Notes: a model not told the origin generated them from the sequence alone. A stretch of 64,000 nt of DNA from Clostridiaceae bacterium (GCA_012719645.1 JAAXZX010000074.1:7050-71049), one strand, 5' to 3'. Shown: positions 9,901 to 20,479, counted from the stretch's first letter. Translations and numbers: made by a program.

Positions 9901-10513
9901 ACGGCTCCAGCTGGGATTCCAGTTCCATGATTATATCATTGATGCGAAGAAGGTTCTGCCGGGTATTCTCCAGCTTCCTTTCGGCCTCCTTTTTCCGGGC
10001 CTTGTATTTTGTTATGCCTGCCGCTTCCTCAAAGACAAGCCTTCTTTCCTCGGAGCGCGCGCTGAGAATCTCGTCAATGCGGCCCTGGCCGATGATGGAA
10101 TAGCCCTCGCGGCCTGCGCCTGTATTCATAAACAACTCGTTGATATCCTTCAGGCGGCATGGAGTTTTATTGATGGCATATTCGCTTTCTCCGGAGCGGT
10201 ACATCCTTCGGGAAATAGTAACCTCGGAAAAATCAATGGGAAGGGCCCTGTCGAAATTATCGATGACCAGGGATACTGAAGCGAAACCCACAGGCTTCCT
10301 GTGCTGGGTGCCTGAAAAGATGACATCTTCCATGCGGCTTCCTCTCAGGGTTTTGGCACTTTGTTCGCCAAGGACCCAGCGAACGGCATCGGCAATATTG
10401 CTTTTTCCGCTGCCATTAGGCCCCACAACCGATGTCAGCCCGGGGTTGAAATTCAGCACTATTTTTTCCGCGAAAGACTTAAAACCCTGTATCTCAAGGG
10501 ATTTCAAATACAA
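6929..10513 (-). CDS. smc: Chromosome segregation protein SMC
   Basis: Walker [10 protein letters not shown], long coiled coils, hinge GRATFLP, signature LSGGEK, Walker [11 protein letters not shown]; 1194 aa. Confidence 0.97.
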   Translation of the reverse strand: MYLKSLEIQGFKSFAEKIVLNFNPGLTSVVGPNGSGKSNIADAVRWVLGEQSAKTLRGSRMEDVIFSGTQHRKPVGFASVSLVIDNFDRALPIDFSEVTISRRMYRSGESEYAINKTPCRLKDINELFMNTGAGREGYSIIGQGRIDEILSARSEERRLVFEEAAGITKYKARKKEAERKLENTRQNLLRINDIIMELESQLEPLAQQAETARRFIDLSNELKGIEVSMFLDTIDRLKNRIAEVENQAAGLKEQIDEENSKIENIRCRNRSKNESLERLKAEAGKIRESIYALDSGIEKNESNIRIFEEKISHLQSNIEGFGEDIRSIRERMAALETEAERKEKRIQQLTGDSERFARLLAEAEQQLAEIMAKLDESERIIEEAKQSVMDKQDQLSDSRIRANNLRNDLENYKQLRGRLSEDIRQALLDKDRENMEKEDMEASLRKTRDEIAATKDTVNSLEEQRNGIVGRLESLRGKRDAVARDLQSLESRRKVLLDMEATMEGYSHSVKSVMNACRENREFGKGIYGALAQLINVKEEYETAVEVCLGGALQNIVTEDEYAAKRAIEFLKRNSLGRATFLPISSVKPRTLEPEVLGQVRGMPGFEGIAADMVSCSSRFRGIILNLLGRTVIVDNMDSAIKMARQFGYSFRIVTRDGEVLNTGGSITGGSESSRLSSLISRHRVIKELESKIRAVGKRQKELDEEIAAVEQESRQITEQLEANRKTLSDLELVRLRDESHVARLLENIKRLAARAEMLKQQEEEIEGNILKIEGEIAQEAENTHRIEAEIQELKDLIRSQQVKNKDEQDKRNLLHTDINDYRVSINSIAESIQNLKEQLEQLKEEQGSITGSLEKREADRKRNLERIEELKVSIAGVQEKIRGMKEEKTGLELKAEGIAEEIRVLEEELSGMLDAVTSYNNTIMTLQDGLGRLEARKAKMEAELETIQNRLWDEYGLTYGNAEPLRQEISNVKATQARITELKEEIRSLGPVNVAAIEDYARTKERCTFMITQRDDLVKSEEKLCRVIQDITRVMKKQFIEQFALINRNFNIVFRELFDGGHAEVQLADEENVLESNIDIIVQPPGKKLQNMLLLSGGEKAMVAIALIFGILRMRPAPFYILDEIEASLDEANVYKFAEYIRRYTDKAQFIIITHRKGTMEAADTLYGVTMQEYGVSKVVSLRLGEGLERNAG

Positions 10514-10573
10514 AGCCGCACACCTCGGAACGATGAATTAATAAAAGATCTATATCATTTTACCACAGAAAGG

Positions 10574-12238
10574 TTATTTGAAAAATAGTTCCATGATACC
10601 GTAAATGTTTACGGGTCTGTAGGCATATATCCTTCTGTCGGTTTTTGAATGGATATCTTTAATGGCTTTGTTCAGATCAAAACCAATTTCCCCGTTATCG
10701 CTTACTTTGACCGTGACTGAACCAACGTCCTCATCAGCCTTTCTGACCACATGGGAAACAAAGGCATCGTAGTCCATGGCAATCATGTCATTGTAGACAT
10801 AATAGTTGTAATCTGTGGAAACACAGGCAGGATATACTGACTTGTCCCATTTGTGATCCCTGCCGATATCCCCGTCCGGAAGATTGAAATATGTATAGGT
10901 CGGATAGCTGCTTCCATCATTCATTACCGGATCATCCCATGTGGTATCAAGGTGATAATACTCGCCCTGGATTTTGACAATATTCCAGGCATGGTTCTGG
11001 TACCTGCCAGTATCGATGTTGATAGCCTGCCCGATAATAATTATGCTTTCCACTCCTGCCATATCGAGGAGAAGCTTTGTCGCCTGCGAGTACCCTTCGC
11101 AGACCGCTTTTCCAAGGCACAGGGCGCCATAGGCCGTGTAGGACTCGGGAGGCTTGTTTTCCCTCAGGTCATAGGTGCAATTGTTAACAATATAGTCATG
11201 AATGGCAAGTTCCTTTTCGTAGTCGGTCATGCCAGGCCTGATCAGCTGTTTGATCACGGATTCGGCCTTCTTTTCAAGAAGGTCCAGGTGTGTTTTTACG
11301 GTCTGTACATCCTTGCTGTATTGAAAGGTTAAAAGGCCGATGTCCGCCCGGTATGTAACTGTTGAGTTATACAGGATGCGTGGATCGCTGCATACTACTT
11401 CCCGCCATATTTCAAAGACTTCTTCGGCCGTATCGGAAGCCGAGTTGATGGGAATGATGACCGATGTGGAAACCGAAAGGAGCGCTTTTTGGATCGCCTG
11501 ACGGACTATCTCCCGGTCGGACAGCACAGGCAGAAGTTCCCCGGAGCCGGGGACAGCGCTGTGGTCTATGAACCCGCACTCTGCCGCGATGTCTGCATTT
11601 ACGAATCCCTTGAGGATCAACATTTCGATCAGGGAGCGCCCATCGGGCAGGACCGCGTTCAGTGCCGCATAGATAATTCCCACCGCTTCATCCCTTCTCA
11701 GTTCATCCCTGTTCAGGATGGCGATGGTGGTTTTATCCAGGCCGCTGATTTCGCCCAGGAACTCCAGTGAGCGGAGGTAGGTTTCACGGGAATTCACGGT
11801 ATATCCCATATTTTTTATAATCATGCAGGCGAAAGAAACGCCGTCAACCCATACCTGGGGGCCCAGGGTAGTCGGGGATGTACCCGCGACCATACCTGTT
11901 TTTACCGCATATGCCATATACGGCCGTGCAAATGATGCAATAAGATGGCTGTCGGAAAATCGGGACAGGATCCGGTCAATCTCGCTCTGCGGAAGAGCAA
12001 GGGCATCATCCTTTTCGCCAAACATTTTGACAATGAGGATGACCGCTGTCTGTCTCTGGACCTTTGAGCCCAAAGCCGGATCAAATGTTGCGGGATTGCA
12101 TCCGTCAAGAATGCCCAATCTATTAAGTACAGCCGCTTCTTTCATGAAGCGGTAGGCAAACGCCGGGGAAATAGTAAAAGCTGAAACGACAAGATGAAAT
12201 ATAAGAAGGATCGCTGTTATTCTGCCTGGCTTTTTCAT
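10574..12238 (-). CDS. Secreted transglutaminase-like (Cys-His-Asp) protein with a degenerate SLH-like N-terminus
   Basis: Signal peptide; SLH-like AYAVKTGMVAG and RRDEAVGII; catalytic AVCEGYS, HAWNIV and HLDTTWDD motifs. Confidence 0.8.
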   Translation of the reverse strand: MKKPGRITAILLIFHLVVSAFTISPAFAYRFMKEAAVLNRLGILDGCNPATFDPALGSKVQRQTAVILIVKMFGEKDDALALPQSEIDRILSRFSDSHLIASFARPYMAYAVKTGMVAGTSPTTLGPQVWVDGVSFACMIIKNMGYTVNSRETYLRSLEFLGEISGLDKTTIAILNRDELRRDEAVGIIYAALNAVLPDGRSLIEMLILKGFVNADIAAECGFIDHSAVPGSGELLPVLSDREIVRQAIQKALLSVSTSVIIPINSASDTAEEVFEIWREVVCSDPRILYNSTVTYRADIGLLTFQYSKDVQTVKTHLDLLEKKAESVIKQLIRPGMTDYEKELAIHDYIVNNCTYDLRENKPPESYTAYGALCLGKAVCEGYSQATKLLLDMAGVESIIIIGQAINIDTGRYQNHAWNIVKIQGEYYHLDTTWDDPVMNDGSSYPTYTYFNLPDGDIGRDHKWDKSVYPACVSTDYNYYVYNDMIAMDYDAFVSHVVRKADEDVGSVTVKVSDNGEIGFDLNKAIKDIHSKTDRRIYAYRPVNIYGIMELFFK

Positions 12239-12412
12239 CAGTTTCCTCCATACTTTAGCATAATACTATTATAGAGGCTATTTCCAGAAAACAAAACTAA
12301 AATTATGTTACAATTTCATAAAAAATAGAAAAGATAGGATCCATGAAGAATAGAAAAGGAGAGAAGCCTGCTTTGGGAACCCGGTACTTATCCCCCCCAG
12401 GCTGGAGCAGGT

Positions 12413-12445
12413 AAAAAGAGAGGCTGTTTTTGTATCAGCCTCTCT
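12413..12445 (-). terminator. Intrinsic terminator overlapping the citrate synthase stop codon
   Basis: agagaggctg (12417-12426) / cagcctctct (12436-12445) inverted repeat followed by a T-run on the minus strand. Confidence 0.65.
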
Positions 12446-13805
12446 CCTGCAGCCTGATATATTCCATGGGTCTCTTTATATTCTTGTAGGCCGGCCTGAT
12501 GATCCTGCCTCCGTTGAGATGTTCTTCTATGATATGGGCACACCAGCCCACCACACGAGCGACCGCGAAAATGGGAGTATTCATTTCCCTTGGTATGCCA
12601 AGCATGTCATATACAAAGCCGGAGTAGAAGTCTATATTGGCGCACATGGGCTTGTCGGATTTCTTTATCTCCCTGAATACTTCGGGTGCAATCCTTTCCA
12701 CACTTTTATGAAGCTCAAACTCTTCGGTTCTTCCCTTCTGGCGGGCAAGCTCCTCAGCCTGCTTGCGGAGCAGGACGCACCTGGGATCCGACAGCGTATA
12801 AACCGCATGTCCCATTCCGTAGATCAGTCCGGTACGGTCAAAGGCTTCCTTCATGACTATCCTGGCAAGATAATCCCTTATCTGGCTATCGTTCCCCCAA
12901 TCCCTGACCTCTCTTTTCAATTCATCCATCATACCGATGACCTTGCTGTTGGCGCCGCCATGCTTGGGGCCTTTCAGGCTGCCAATGGCAGCGGCAAGCG
13001 AGGAATATATGTCGGTGCCCGAAGATGAAACCACATGGGCAGCGAAGGTGGAATTGTTGCCTCCGCCGTGCTCCGCGTGCAGCACAAGGGCCAGGTCAAG
13101 TATTTTTGCCTCCAGGGGTGTGTATTCACCCGACGGTCTCAGCAGCATCAGCAGGTTTTCGGCTGCGCTCAGCTCGTACCTGGGTTTATGTATCACAAGG
13201 CTCTTCCCGTCGAAGTAATGGGCTTTTGCCTGGTAGCTGTAGGCGGCCATCAGCGGGAACTTGGAAATCAGGTTTACGCTTTGCCTGAGCAGATTTTTCA
13301 CGCTGGTATCATCCGGGTTTGGATCATAGGAATACCAGATGAGGACCAGCCTGGCAAGCTGGTTCATGACGTCTCTGCTTGGTACGGTGAGAATATTTGA
13401 CCTTACAAAATCCTCGGGGATGTCCCTGAAGGATGCCAGCACATCCCTGAAAAGATCCAGTTCACGGCAGGTGGGAAGATCACCGTGGAGAAGCAGGTAG
13501 GCACACTCCTCAAAACCAAAACGGTCCTCGGACAGAAAGCCCTCCACAAGATCATAGATATCAATGCCCCGGTAGGTGAGCCTTCCTTCCACTGGAACCT
13601 TCTCATTTTCATCAACGATATAGGCATGGACATCGCCGATCTTGGTGAGCCCGACAAGCACGCCGGACCCATCTTCGTTCCTCAGGCCTCTCTTTACATT
13701 ATACTTGCTGTAAACGCCGGGTTTGAACCTGCTTTTTACTTCCGCGGCCTCGCTGAAGATATGGAAGTAATTATCCAGTTCAGCCTTGGACAATCCGGTA
13801 TTCAT
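12435..13805 (-). CDS. gltA: Si-specific citrate synthase
   Basis: HAEHGGGNNSTF, GPKHGGAN, YGMGHAVY..SDPR and ANIDFYSG motifs; true start is probably ATG 13805 behind GAGGAGG (456 aa). Confidence 0.92.
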   Translation of the reverse strand: MNTGLSKAELDNYFHIFSEAAEVKSRFKPGVYSKYNVKRGLRNEDGSGVLVGLTKIGDVHAYIVDENEKVPVEGRLTYRGIDIYDLVEGFLSEDRFGFEECAYLLLHGDLPTCRELDLFRDVLASFRDIPEDFVRSNILTVPSRDVMNQLARLVLIWYSYDPNPDDTSVKNLLRQSVNLISKFPLMAAYSYQAKAHYFDGKSLVIHKPRYELSAAENLLMLLRPSGEYTPLEAKILDLALVLHAEHGGGNNSTFAAHVVSSSGTDIYSSLAAAIGSLKGPKHGGANSKVIGMMDELKREVRDWGNDSQIRDYLARIVMKEAFDRTGLIYGMGHAVYTLSDPRCVLLRKQAEELARQKGRTEEFELHKSVERIAPEVFREIKKSDKPMCANIDFYSGFVYDMLGIPREMNTPIFAVARVVGWCAHIIEEHLNGGRIIRPAYKNIKRPMEYIRLQERG

Positions 13806-13928
13806 TGATGCAGCCTCCTCTCGCGGCAGCTTATGTTCTATCTCCAATACTCCGATGACCCCGCCCATAGCCTGGATGGGCCTGGCTTCTGCAAATAGTT
13901 GGTGATAGGAGGTCAGTAACTTTGTATC

Positions 13929-13957
13929 ATTGTATACAATCAGTAACCTTGCGTCAA
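13929..13957 (-). promoter_or_regulatory. SigmaA promoter of citrate synthase with a palindromic operator over the -10
   Basis: TTGACG - 17 nt - TACAAT on the minus strand; the -10 lies within the perfect palindrome ATTGTATACAAT (13929-13940). Confidence 0.65.
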
Positions 13958-14139
13958 GAGATTTTGCAATTGCCGGGACAAAATATTGCAAAAAATTACA
14001 CGCCAACTGCATGATGCGTTTTGTCATAATGCCCAATAAACCATGTCATTAGGTGAATATGGGAGATTTTCCCGGGAGACCGCGGCATCTGAAGATGGAA
14101 GATTATATATCACTACTTGCAAAAGAGCGACAAAAAAAA

Positions 14140-14176
14140 GCATAAAAATGCAGATAACCCTGTGAGATTATCTGCA
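14140..14176 (-). terminator. Intrinsic terminator downstream of the second transglutaminase-like gene
   Basis: tgcagataa / ttatctgca inverted repeat (14149-14176) followed by T-rich tracts on the minus strand. Confidence 0.7.
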
Positions 14177-14248
14177 AATAATTCATATACTGCTTCATTT
14201 TACCGGGCGGTTCAATCGCCGGGATTGACGAACGCCCCCTGTCTTCCT

Positions 14249-15043
14249 TTAATACTCCTTGCTCATGGTGTACTCGGAGGCCGGTTTTTCCATGCTGACG
14301 GCTTTTTTGGCTTTTTTCAGGACTGAATCGTAGGTGGTGTCAACAACCATCCACCGGTCCTCATCCGCCAGGTAAACCCCGTTCCATGCGTGATATCCCT
14401 TCACATATGTTGTATATCCCTTGATAAGCTTGCAGGGTATGCCCTGGCTTCTCAGCATGGCGGCAAAAACAGCGGAATAATCATAGCATATCCCCTTGCC
14501 GGACTTGAGGGTCTCATCGATATTGGGGACATAGGTGGACGGAAGATTGTTCAGTTTGTCATAATCGTAGCTGAAATTATCAACCACGTAGCGGTAAATG
14601 GCATTGATCTTTTCCCGGTCCGTCTTAAGCCCTTTCGTGAGTTCCGCAGCCTTCTTGATGGCTGCCATATCCTGGTTCCAGTTTACAGTCTGTATGGAAG
14701 CCAGGAAGACCTTCAGGGGATTCTCCAGGTTGGCCGTTACATTCTGGGATTTTGCCACCCTGTACTTCGTTCCCTCCAGGTGCTCGTATATAGTGACCTT
14801 GTAATCCCCGTTTCCGAGTTGAAGCGGGAAGTATTCATAATTGTCCCTGCCGAAAAGGTCATAGTCGTAATTGACCTGATCCCTCTGGACGCGGGTTTTG
14901 ACCCTTTTCTCGGCTGCAGGTATATAACGGGCGCCCACTGATCCGTCGGGAACCCTGGTGTTGTCGAATTCTTTATAAACCTGGGATACCTGGCCTCCAG
15001 CCAGCGCAGCGCTGATAATCAGCGCAATCAATATCTTAAACAT
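14249..15043 (-). CDS. Secreted transglutaminase-like domain protein
   Basis: Signal peptide MFKILIALIISAALAGG; GICYDYS, YHAWN and VVDTT catalytic triad motifs. Confidence 0.82.
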   Translation of the reverse strand: MFKILIALIISAALAGGQVSQVYKEFDNTRVPDGSVGARYIPAAEKRVKTRVQRDQVNYDYDLFGRDNYEYFPLQLGNGDYKVTIYEHLEGTKYRVAKSQNVTANLENPLKVFLASIQTVNWNQDMAAIKKAAELTKGLKTDREKINAIYRYVVDNFSYDYDKLNNLPSTYVPNIDETLKSGKGICYDYSAVFAAMLRSQGIPCKLIKGYTTYVKGYHAWNGVYLADEDRWMVVDTTYDSVLKKAKKAVSMEKPASEYTMSKEY

Positions 15044-15194
15044 ATTAAATCCCTCTTTTTCATGAAGGCACAATCAATCTGCCTCTTTTACTATTTACCA
15101 ACTTAGGCGCCTCTATAAACACCGATGAACGCCGGGACGCGAAGAAATCAACCCCGCCGGTCACAGCCGCGTGGCGAAGGCAGCATATCCAGGG

Positions 15195-15848
15195 TCAGCT
15201 GAAATAATCGATTATGTCTTTCTGGCTTGACTGCCTGCAGATGATGAACACAGTGTCATTCTCCTGCAGAACGGTTTGGCCATTGGGGACAAAGGTTTCA
15301 TTGTCCCTGATAACCGACATCAGAATTGTTCCTTTCGGAAGCTTCATATCCGCTATCTTCCTGTTGCATGCGTGGGATTTTTTAGAAAGTCGCACCTCGC
15401 TGATTATAAGGTCGCTCTTTTTCAGTTCTGCCAGGGTTTTTACCGCAGAAAAGTCTATCTCTTTCTCGATCATCTCTGCAATGGTGGAGGTGCTGGAAAC
15501 CGGAATATCCACTCCCAGTTTTTCAAAGACGACAATGTTCTTGGGATTGTTGACCCTCGCAATGGTCCGCTTTACATGGAAGTTTCGCTTGGCCAACTGG
15601 CAGGCTATCAGGTTATCCTGGTCCTTTCCCGTCACCGCTATAAACACATCGGCATGCTGCGTACCGGCCTCGGAAAGCAGGTTTATATCGGTTCCGTCTC
15701 CGTGAATCACCGCAACCTCCAGGTCAGCAGCCAGCCTGTCGCAGTATTCCTGGCTCTTTTCAATTATGGTAATCCTGTGCTTTGTGTGTAAAAGCGTTTT
15801 CACAAGATAATAGCCTACTTTGCCGGCACCTACAATTACTATATACAT
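15195..15848 (-). CDS. TrkA/KtrA-type RCK_N + RCK_C potassium uptake regulatory subunit
   Basis: GAGKVG Rossmann motif, VIHGDGTD, AVTGKDQDN, ARVNNP; RCK_C tail IRDNETFVPNGQTVLQENDTV. Confidence 0.88.
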   Translation of the reverse strand: MYIVIVGAGKVGYYLVKTLLHTKHRITIIEKSQEYCDRLAADLEVAVIHGDGTDINLLSEAGTQHADVFIAVTGKDQDNLIACQLAKRNFHVKRTIARVNNPKNIVVFEKLGVDIPVSSTSTIAEMIEKEIDFSAVKTLAELKKSDLIISEVRLSKKSHACNRKIADMKLPKGTILMSVIRDNETFVPNGQTVLQENDTVFIICRQSSQKDIIDYFS

Positions 15849-15882
15849 AGCATATTCCCTTGTATAAACTCATTGAGCTTCA

Positions 15883-16497
15883 TTAATCCAACTTGCTGGC
15901 AATAATAAATTTGCTGTTCTTGTCCACCACCGCGTAGGGGTGGGCGAAGGTAAACCTGCCATCGGTTATTATTCCAAAGATAAATTGGTCATCCTGCGGC
16001 CTGATATCCAAGATCTGGCTTCCCACAAGACTTGGGTCGACGTCCTCAATCCTGAAGGAAAATGTGTTGGATCCTATTGTGCAGGTGGCCTCAACAGACT
16101 TGCCGGTAAGTATCGCTGCAATGGTTTCGACGCTCAGGTTGGTAGGACATATTGTATCAAGCCCGAACTGATGGAAGATATCCTCCCGGGCAGGGTTGGA
16201 TATCCTGGCCACAACCCTGGGTATCCCGCAGATATCCTTGGCCACCTGGCTTACCATGATGTTCATGTTGTCATCCGGGGTCACGGCGGCCAGTGCATCG
16301 GCCTGGTCAATGCCTGCTTTCTTGAGTACATCCTGATCGACGGGCACACCCACCACCCGGAGTCCTTCAAAGTCATCGTCAAGCCTTTTGAACGATGCTT
16401 CATCGCTGTCAATTATGGCAACATCATGGCCTTCCCTGTAAAGCTTGCAGGCCAGTCCGGATCCGACCGTACCGCATCCCGCGATGATTATAAACAT
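15883..16497 (-). CDS. TrkA/KtrA-type RCK_N potassium uptake regulatory subunit
   Basis: GCGTVG, AVTPDDNMN and VVARISNP motifs; degenerate RCK_C. Confidence 0.85.
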   Translation of the reverse strand: MFIIIAGCGTVGSGLACKLYREGHDVAIIDSDEASFKRLDDDFEGLRVVGVPVDQDVLKKAGIDQADALAAVTPDDNMNIMVSQVAKDICGIPRVVARISNPAREDIFHQFGLDTICPTNLSVETIAAILTGKSVEATCTIGSNTFSFRIEDVDPSLVGSQILDIRPQDDQFIFGIITDGRFTFAHPYAVVDKNSKFIIASKLD

Positions 16498-16514
16498 AAT
16501 ACTCCACCCCGTCG

Positions 16515-17726
16515 TTATACAAGCAACTTGTCAAGGCGTTTTTTGATCTCCAGCAGGAAATCGCGTGTGTTGACCTTCCTGATATCGGGCAGGCTTGAAA
16601 GCACCGCAAGATCCCCTGTCATAACGCCTTCCTCTATTGTATTCTTTGCGGCTTCCTCCAGTTTGTCGGCAAAGTTGAAAAGCTCTGTGCACCCGTCAAG
16701 CTCTCCCCTCTTCCTCAGGGCCCCGGTCCACGCAAACAGGGTCGCCACTGAGTTCGTGGATGTTTCCTCGCCCTTCAGGTGCTTGTAGTAGTGGCGCTGT
16801 ACCGTGCCATGGGCTGCTTCATATTCATAGAAGCCATCGGGGGATACCAGCACAGATGTCATCATAGCCAGGCTTCCGAACGCGGTGGCTACCATATCGG
16901 ACATGACATCCCCGTCGTAGTTCTTGCATGCCCATATGAATCCGCCCTCGGAGCGAACCACGCGGGCTACCGCATCATCTATGAGGGTATAGAAATAGCT
17001 AATGTCCGCGTCTTCGAACTTCTTCCTGTAATCGGAATCAAAGATTTCCTGGAATATGTCCTTGAACCTGTGGTCGTATTTCTTTGAAATAGTGTCCTTG
17101 GCTGCGAACCATAGATCCATCTTCTGGTCCAGGGCATAATTGAAGCAGGCATGGGCAAAGCTCCTTATAGAGGCTTCGGTATTGTGCATGCCCATAAGGA
17201 TACCGGGTCCCTGGAATTCATGGACTGTCTGGCGCTTTTCGTTGCCTTCTGCGTCGGTAAAGACCAGTTCAGCCTTTCCGGGCCCGTCAACCAGCATCTC
17301 GGAGCTCTTGTATATATCTCCGTAGGCGTGACGTGCAATGACTATGGGCTTCTTCCAGGTCCGCACAAACGGATCGATTCCCTTCACCAGTATGGGCGCC
17401 CTGAAAACGGTGCCGTCAAGGATGGCCCTGATGGTGCCATTCGGGCTCTTCCACATTTTCTTCAGGTTATACTCCTTCACCCTGTCCGCATTGGGGGTAA
17501 TGGTGGCGCATTTGACTGCAACACCGTATTTTTTCGTGGCCAGGGCAGCTTCCACCGTTACCTTGTCATCCGTTTCATCCCTGTTTTTCAGTCCAAGGTC
17601 ATAATACTCGGTCTTCAGTTCCACGTAGGGTTCAATAAGTATTTCCTTAAGCCAGCCCCATATCACACGGGTCATCTCGTCCCCGTCCATCTCTACCAGC
17701 GGGGTTTTCATTGCGATTTTTGCCAT
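16515..17726 (-). CDS. icd: NADP-dependent isocitrate dehydrogenase (eukaryote-like dimeric type)
   Basis: [36 protein letters not shown] and [11 protein letters not shown] motifs. Confidence 0.96.
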   Translation of the reverse strand: MAKIAMKTPLVEMDGDEMTRVIWGWLKEILIEPYVELKTEYYDLGLKNRDETDDKVTVEAALATKKYGVAVKCATITPNADRVKEYNLKKMWKSPNGTIRAILDGTVFRAPILVKGIDPFVRTWKKPIVIARHAYGDIYKSSEMLVDGPGKAELVFTDAEGNEKRQTVHEFQGPGILMGMHNTEASIRSFAHACFNYALDQKMDLWFAAKDTISKKYDHRFKDIFQEIFDSDYRKKFEDADISYFYTLIDDAVARVVRSEGGFIWACKNYDGDVMSDMVATAFGSLAMMTSVLVSPDGFYEYEAAHGTVQRHYYKHLKGEETSTNSVATLFAWTGALRKRGELDGCTELFNFADKLEEAAKNTIEEGVMTGDLAVLSSLPDIRKVNTRDFLLEIKKRLDKLLV

Positions 17727-17740
17727 GTCTGTACCTCCGG

Positions 17741-19660
17741 TTAAATATGCTTTTTAATCCAGGGGAGCTTACCGCCTGCTTTAAGTATCTCGGCATCCAT
17801 TGCTGAAAGGGTATGCTCAAGCTCGATAACCTCGCCCGTTGTCCTGTTGGTAAGCGAGCATCCGCCGCTGAGATCGCCGATGGTTATTTCCAGTTCATCC
17901 CCTTCGGAAATCCTGTCATAATCCCCAGGATTCCTGAATGTCAGCGGGACAATGCCGAAGTTGATGAGATTGGCCAGATGTATCCTGGCAAAGGACTTGA
18001 CAACAACGGCCTTCACTCCAAGATACTTGGGAGCCAGAGCCGCATGCTCACGGCTTGAGCCCTGACCATAGTTCTCCCCGCCAACGATAAACCCGCCGCC
18101 CCAGGACCTGGCCTTCTCGTAGAAAGAAGGATCTACGGCTTCAAAGACATGCTTCGAGATTTCCGGTATATTGCTGCGCAGAGGCAGTATCTTCGCGCCG
18201 GCCGGCATGATATGGTCGGTGGTGATATTGTCGCCCACCTTGATCAGGACTTTTCCTGCCAATACATCGCCGACAGGCTCGAAGCTCGGAAGCGGCTTTA
18301 TATTGGGGCCCCTGACGATCTCGACCTCCCTGGCCTCCTCCTCGGGCAGGGGCTTAATTATCATGTTATCGTTTACCTGGAACTTCTCGGGCATCATGAT
18401 CTTCGGGGCTTCTCCCAGGTCCCTCGGATCGGTGAGGTATCCGTTTATTGCCGTCGCTGCCGCGGTTTCAGGACTCACCAGGTATACCATGGCATCCTTT
18501 GTGCCGCTGCGCCCTTCGAAGTTCCTGTTGAAGGTCCTTACAGAAACCCCTCCGGAACGAGGCGCGCTGCCCATTCCGATGCAGGGGCCGCAGGAATTCT
18601 CCAGGATCCTGGCGCCTGCACGGACCAGGTTTGCATAGCCGCCGCTGGAAACAAGATGGTCTACAACCTGTCTTGAACCGGGACTGATGGTAAGATGCAG
18701 GTCCTCGGAAATGGAGCGGCCTTCGAGGATCGCGGCAACCATCATGAGGTCCCTCAGGGATGAATTGGTGCATGATCCGATGCACACCTGGTCCACCCTG
18801 ACAGGGCCAACATCCCGCACCCTCCTGACATTGCCGGGGCTATGGGGCAGCGCCACCATGGGTTCAATCCCGGACAGGTTGATCTCTATGATCTCATCAT
18901 ACGTTGCATCCTCATCGGGGATAATAAGCTGCCAGTCTTCCTCCCTGCCCTGTGCCTTCAGGAATTCCCTTGTTATCTCATCGCTGGGGAAAATGCTGGT
19001 GGTACAGCCGGTCTCAGTCCCCATGTTGGTGATAGTCGCACGATCCGGGACGCTCAGGGTCTTCACGCCCTCTCCGAAGTACTCAAAAACCTTGCCAACA
19101 TTGCCCTTGACATCCACACGCCTCAGCACTTCCAGGATAACGTCCTTGGCGGATACCCAGTCATTGAGGCGGCCGGTCAGCTTGATCCCTACAATCTTCG
19201 GATACTTGATCCTGAAGGGGGCGCCTGCCATGGCGCACGCCACATCCAGGCCTCCTGACCCCATGGCAAAGCAGCCAATTCCTCCGGCCGTTGGGGTATG
19301 GCTGTCCGAGCCTATCAGGGTATTTCCCGGACGCGCGAAGCGTTCCAGGAATACCTGGTGGCAGATTCCGTTGCCCGGCCTGGAAAAATAGATTCCATAC
19401 CTTTTGGCAACGCTCTGCAGGTACAGATGGTCGTCAGCGTTTTTGAAATCGGTCTGCAGCGTGTTATGGTCCACAAAGCTGACGCTGAACTGGGTCTTTA
19501 TACGATCAATGCCGATGGCCTCAAACTGAAGATAGGCCATGGTTCCCGTGGCATCCTGGGTAAGGGTGTTGTCGATCCTCAGGGCCACTTCCTGCCCGGT
19601 AACGGGCTCTCCCTCCAGGATATGCCTGGACAGTATCTTTTCCGTAACGGTTCCTGCCAT
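17741..19660 (-). CDS. Aconitate hydratase (short 640-aa type)
   Basis: [41 protein letters not shown] and GSSREHA motifs; directly upstream of icd. Confidence 0.9.
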   Translation of the reverse strand: MAGTVTEKILSRHILEGEPVTGQEVALRIDNTLTQDATGTMAYLQFEAIGIDRIKTQFSVSFVDHNTLQTDFKNADDHLYLQSVAKRYGIYFSRPGNGICHQVFLERFARPGNTLIGSDSHTPTAGGIGCFAMGSGGLDVACAMAGAPFRIKYPKIVGIKLTGRLNDWVSAKDVILEVLRRVDVKGNVGKVFEYFGEGVKTLSVPDRATITNMGTETGCTTSIFPSDEITREFLKAQGREEDWQLIIPDEDATYDEIIEINLSGIEPMVALPHSPGNVRRVRDVGPVRVDQVCIGSCTNSSLRDLMMVAAILEGRSISEDLHLTISPGSRQVVDHLVSSGGYANLVRAGARILENSCGPCIGMGSAPRSGGVSVRTFNRNFEGRSGTKDAMVYLVSPETAAATAINGYLTDPRDLGEAPKIMMPEKFQVNDNMIIKPLPEEEAREVEIVRGPNIKPLPSFEPVGDVLAGKVLIKVGDNITTDHIMPAGAKILPLRSNIPEISKHVFEAVDPSFYEKARSWGGGFIVGGENYGQGSSREHAALAPKYLGVKAVVVKSFARIHLANLINFGIVPLTFRNPGDYDRISEGDELEITIGDLSGGCSLTNRTTGEVIELEHTLSAMDAEILKAGGKLPWIKKHI

Positions 19661-19813
19661 TTATCCTTTCTCCCTTGCCATGTTTTTATATGAATTCAGG
19701 AAGTTGCATGACCCCCGAAATAAATCCTGTGATGATTTCTCAGCATCCTGATGATGACGGGCAATGATATGCCCCGCTCCGAAAAACAGCGGGCAGCCCG
19801 GTGAATAAACCTT

Positions 19814-19842
19814 ATTATATAATACACCAAATCAGGTGACAA
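19814..19842 (-). promoter_or_regulatory. SigmaA promoter of the aconitase-icd-trkA-trkA operon
   Basis: TTGTCA (19837-19842) - 17 nt - TATAAT (19814-19819) on the minus strand. Confidence 0.65.
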
Positions 19843-19937
19843 GTTGGATGTGAGATGCGGAAGCCAAAACACTTCACTTTTTGCCGCGGCTCTGATAGAA
19901 TCCAGAATTGTAAACCACGTATCAGGGAGTTGCCGCC

Positions 19938-20474
19938 ATGGATTACGAGAGTTTTGAAAAAGCGGAAAACAAGGTGCTACTGCTGTACTTCCTCAGGCAA
20001 ATCCAGATACCTGTAAGCAACATGCAGCTTACCCGGGTAATATTGGAAAACCGCTTTATGAATTATTTCCTGCTGCAGCAGGGTCTGCATGAGCTGATCA
20101 GCGACAGGCTTATAAGCAGTGAAACGCGGGATAATATCGACTATTACACAATTTCAGAACAGGGCGTAAAAATACTTGAGATGTTTGAAGGCATCCTTCC
20201 CGCGGGCATAAAGACCAGGATCGGGGAGGTCGCCGATGCCATAAGGACTGAATTCAGGCATGAAGCCTCGATCATCGCCGAATACACCCTTGAAAACGAG
20301 AACGAGTATGAAGTGAGATGCAAGATCGTCGAGAACTCCAGGCCCCTTATCGATATACGCCTGTCTGTCGGTTCAAGGGATGACGCCAGGCATATCTGCA
20401 GCAACTGGAAGGAACAGGCACAGGAGATCTATCCGCAGGTGATCGGGGTTCTCCTGGGAAGGGGAAGGGAATAA
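19938..20474 (+). CDS. DUF4364 family protein (putative winged-helix)
   Basis: AENKVLLLYFL, MNYFLLQQ.L.EL and ASIIAEY...NEYEV motifs; 178 aa. Confidence 0.75.
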   Translation: MDYESFEKAENKVLLLYFLRQIQIPVSNMQLTRVILENRFMNYFLLQQGLHELISDRLISSETRDNIDYYTISEQGVKILEMFEGILPAGIKTRIGEVADAIRTEFRHEASIIAEYTLENENEYEVRCKIVENSRPLIDIRLSVGSRDDARHICSNWKEQAQEIYPQVIGVLLGRGRE

Positions 20475-20479
20475 ACAGG

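Noticed and set aside
6929-10513. Repetitive-looking sequence within smc
   Set aside because: Explained by heptad coiled-coil codon usage; not a DNA repeat array.
14375-14395. HAWNG instead of the commoner HAWNE in the second transglutaminase-like protein
   Set aside because: The catalytic His, Cys and Asp are intact; a single substitution or base error is uninformative.
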